A DNA stretch of 64,000 nucleotides from Lingula anatina (lineage: Eukaryota > Animalia > Brachiopoda): NCBI GenBank assembly GCA_051362555.1, contig CM120643.1:11194144-11258143 (forward strand), given 5' to 3'. Below, one piece after another: positions 62,001-64,000 of the stretch. A model generated the notes under the pieces. It saw nothing but the letters and a program-made list of their open reading frames with translations. It had not been told where the DNA came from and made no database searches. The number at the start of each line of letters is the position of its first letter. The stretch's first letter is position 1. A program made the translations under genes and the position numbers.

Positions 62001-64000
62001 TTTTTGGATCATCTTTAAAGCTAGAATTGGGGGCCTTGATGAAGTGACCCGGGCGCGTTTCCACTTTTTTATGAATGACAGGTGTGGTAGATTGATTTTC
62101 GTCACTTTTTGGAAAAATCGGAGACGGGTCGATTTTTGGTGATTTTGAGTGATTTTGAACAGTGCCGGCACTGTGAGATTTCTTCAATTTTGGCCAGGTA
62201 GGGATGAAAATTTTTTTTCTTCATTATAGTGTCAGGTAGGTGTGTTCGGTCATTTGTAGTAAGAATAAAGTGCTGGAAGAGTGGTGGTGTCAACATTAAG
62301 GAAGAAATAGAGCAAAAACTCTGTCTCCCCCCCCCCCTCTCAGATTCTGTTCTCAGAGCTTATTTTTGGATCATCTTTAAAGCTAGAATTGGGGGCCTTG
62401 ATGAAGTGACTCGGGCGCGTTTCCACATTTTTTATGAATGACAGGTGTGGTAGATTGATTTTCGTCACTTTTTGGAAAAATCGGAGACGGGTCGATTTTT
62501 GGTGATTTTGAGTGATTTTGAACAGTGCCGGCACTGTGAGATTTCTTCAATTTTGGCCAGGTAGGGATGAAAATTTTTTTTCTTCATTATAGTGTCAGGT
62601 AGGTGTGTTCGGTCATTTGTAGTAAGAATAAAGTGCCGGAAGAGTGGTGGTGTCAACATTAAGGAAGAAATAGAGCAAAAACTCTGTCTCCCCCCCCCCC
62701 CTCTCAGATTCTGTTCTCAGAGCTTATTTTTGGATCATCTTTAAAGCTAGAATTGGGGGCCTTGATGAAGTGACCCGGGCGCGTTTCCACATTTTTTATG
62801 AATGACAGGTGTGGTAGATTGATTTTCGTCACTTTTTGGAAAAATCGGAGACGGGTCGATTTTTGGTGATTTTGAGTGATTTTGAACAGTGCCGGCACTG
62901 TGAGATTTCTTCAATTTTGGCCAGGTAGGGATGAAAATTTTTTTTCTTCATTATAGTGTCAGGTAGGTGTGTTCGGTCATTTGTAGTAAGAATAAAGTGC
63001 TGGAAGAGTGGTGGTGTCAACATTAAGGAAGAAATAGAGCAAAAACTCTGTCTCCCCCCCCCCCTCTCAGATTCTGTTCTCAGAGCTTATTTTTGGATCA
63101 TCTTTAAAGCTAGAATTGGGGGCCTTGATGAAGTGACCCGGGCGCGTTTCCACATTTTTTATGAATGACAGGTGTGGTAGATTGATTTTTGTCACTTTTT
63201 GGAAAAATCGGAGACGGGTCGATTTTTGGTGATTTTGAGTGATTTTGAACAGTGCCGGCACTGTGAGATTTCTTCAATTTTGGCCAGGTAGGGATGAAAA
63301 TTTTTTTTCTTCATTATAGTGTCAGGTAGGTGTGTTCGGTCATTTGTAGTAAGAATAAAGTGCTGGAAGAGTGGTGGTGTCAACATTAAGGAAGAAATAG
63401 AGCAAAAACTCTGTCTCCCCCCCCCCCCTCTCAGATTCTGTTCTCAGAGCTTATTTTTGGATCATCTTTAAAGCTAGAATTGGGGGCCTTGATGAAGTGA
63501 CCCGGGCGCGTTTCCACATTTTTTATGAATGACAGGTGTGGTAGATTGATTTTCGTCACTTTTTGGAAAAATCGGAGACGGGTCGATTTTTGGTGATTTT
63601 GAGTGATTTTGAACAGTGCCGGCACTGTGAGATTTCTTCAATTTTGGCCAGGTAGGGATGAAAATTTTTTTTCTTCATTATAGTGTCAGGTAGGTGTGTT
63701 CGGTCATTTGTAGTAAGAATAAAGTGCTGGAAGAGTGGTGGTGTCAACATTAAGGAAGAAATAGAGCAAAAACTCTGTCTCCCCCCCCCCCCCCTCTCAG
63801 ATTCTGTTCTCAGAGCTTATTTTTGGATCATCTTTAAAGCTAGAATTGGGGGCCTTGATGAAGTGACCCGGGCGCGTTTCCACATTTTTTATGAATGACA
63901 GGTGTGGTAGATTGATTTTCGTCACTTTTTGGAAAAATCGGAGACGGGTCGATTTTTGGTGATTTTGAGTGATTTTGAACAGTGCCGGCACTGTGAGATT
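35014..64000. repeat. Satellite DNA array, same ~363 bp monomer and orientation, about 80 copies (continues beyond window end)
   Basis: Same monomer as the left array. Divergent or chimeric monomers at 35014-36230, SNP-rich monomers to ~46000, nearly homogeneous beyond. Confidence 0.99.

Noticed and set aside
115-63991. Hundreds of 60-140 aa ORFs (MPALFKITQNHQK..., MLTPPLFQHF..., MSGRCVRSF...)
   Set aside because: They are translations of the satellite monomer in several overlapping frames, many with non-ATG starts. They are freely broken by homopolymer indels and show no recognisable domain.

Overview
AT-rich eukaryotic (metazoan, probably invertebrate; inference) DNA. Two head-to-tail arrays of one ~362-363 bp satellite, in the same orientation (1-~10625, about 29 monomers; ~35014-64000, about 80 monomers), flank a 24.4 kb non-satellite island. 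The hundreds of short ORFs in the track are satellite artefacts. The island is a nest of mobile DNA. Its main element is an 11,082 bp TIR transposon (22817-33898; CCCAGCAGGCACACAACGTTGA termini, AT target duplication, arrays of subterminal CAACGTTGAAT; EnSpm/CACTA-like). I saw no transposase in it, but it carries an intact 7-exon minus-strand gene (427 aa) resembling DUF4806-type proteins, with an Arg/Ser-rich domain built from a 30-bp minisatellite. The element lies next to a decayed Kolobok-like remnant and itself contains Helentron/DINE-like elements and a fold-back MITE. Also present: a non-LTR retrotransposon RT fragment, a 34-bp minisatellite, and two inverted paralogous modules sharing an 18-bp Sox-Oct-type motif. 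The satellite shows a divergent monomer variant at both island borders, local higher-order duplications, and a 16-bp palindrome found only in the dominant variant. All calls come from reading the sequence; no database searches were run.
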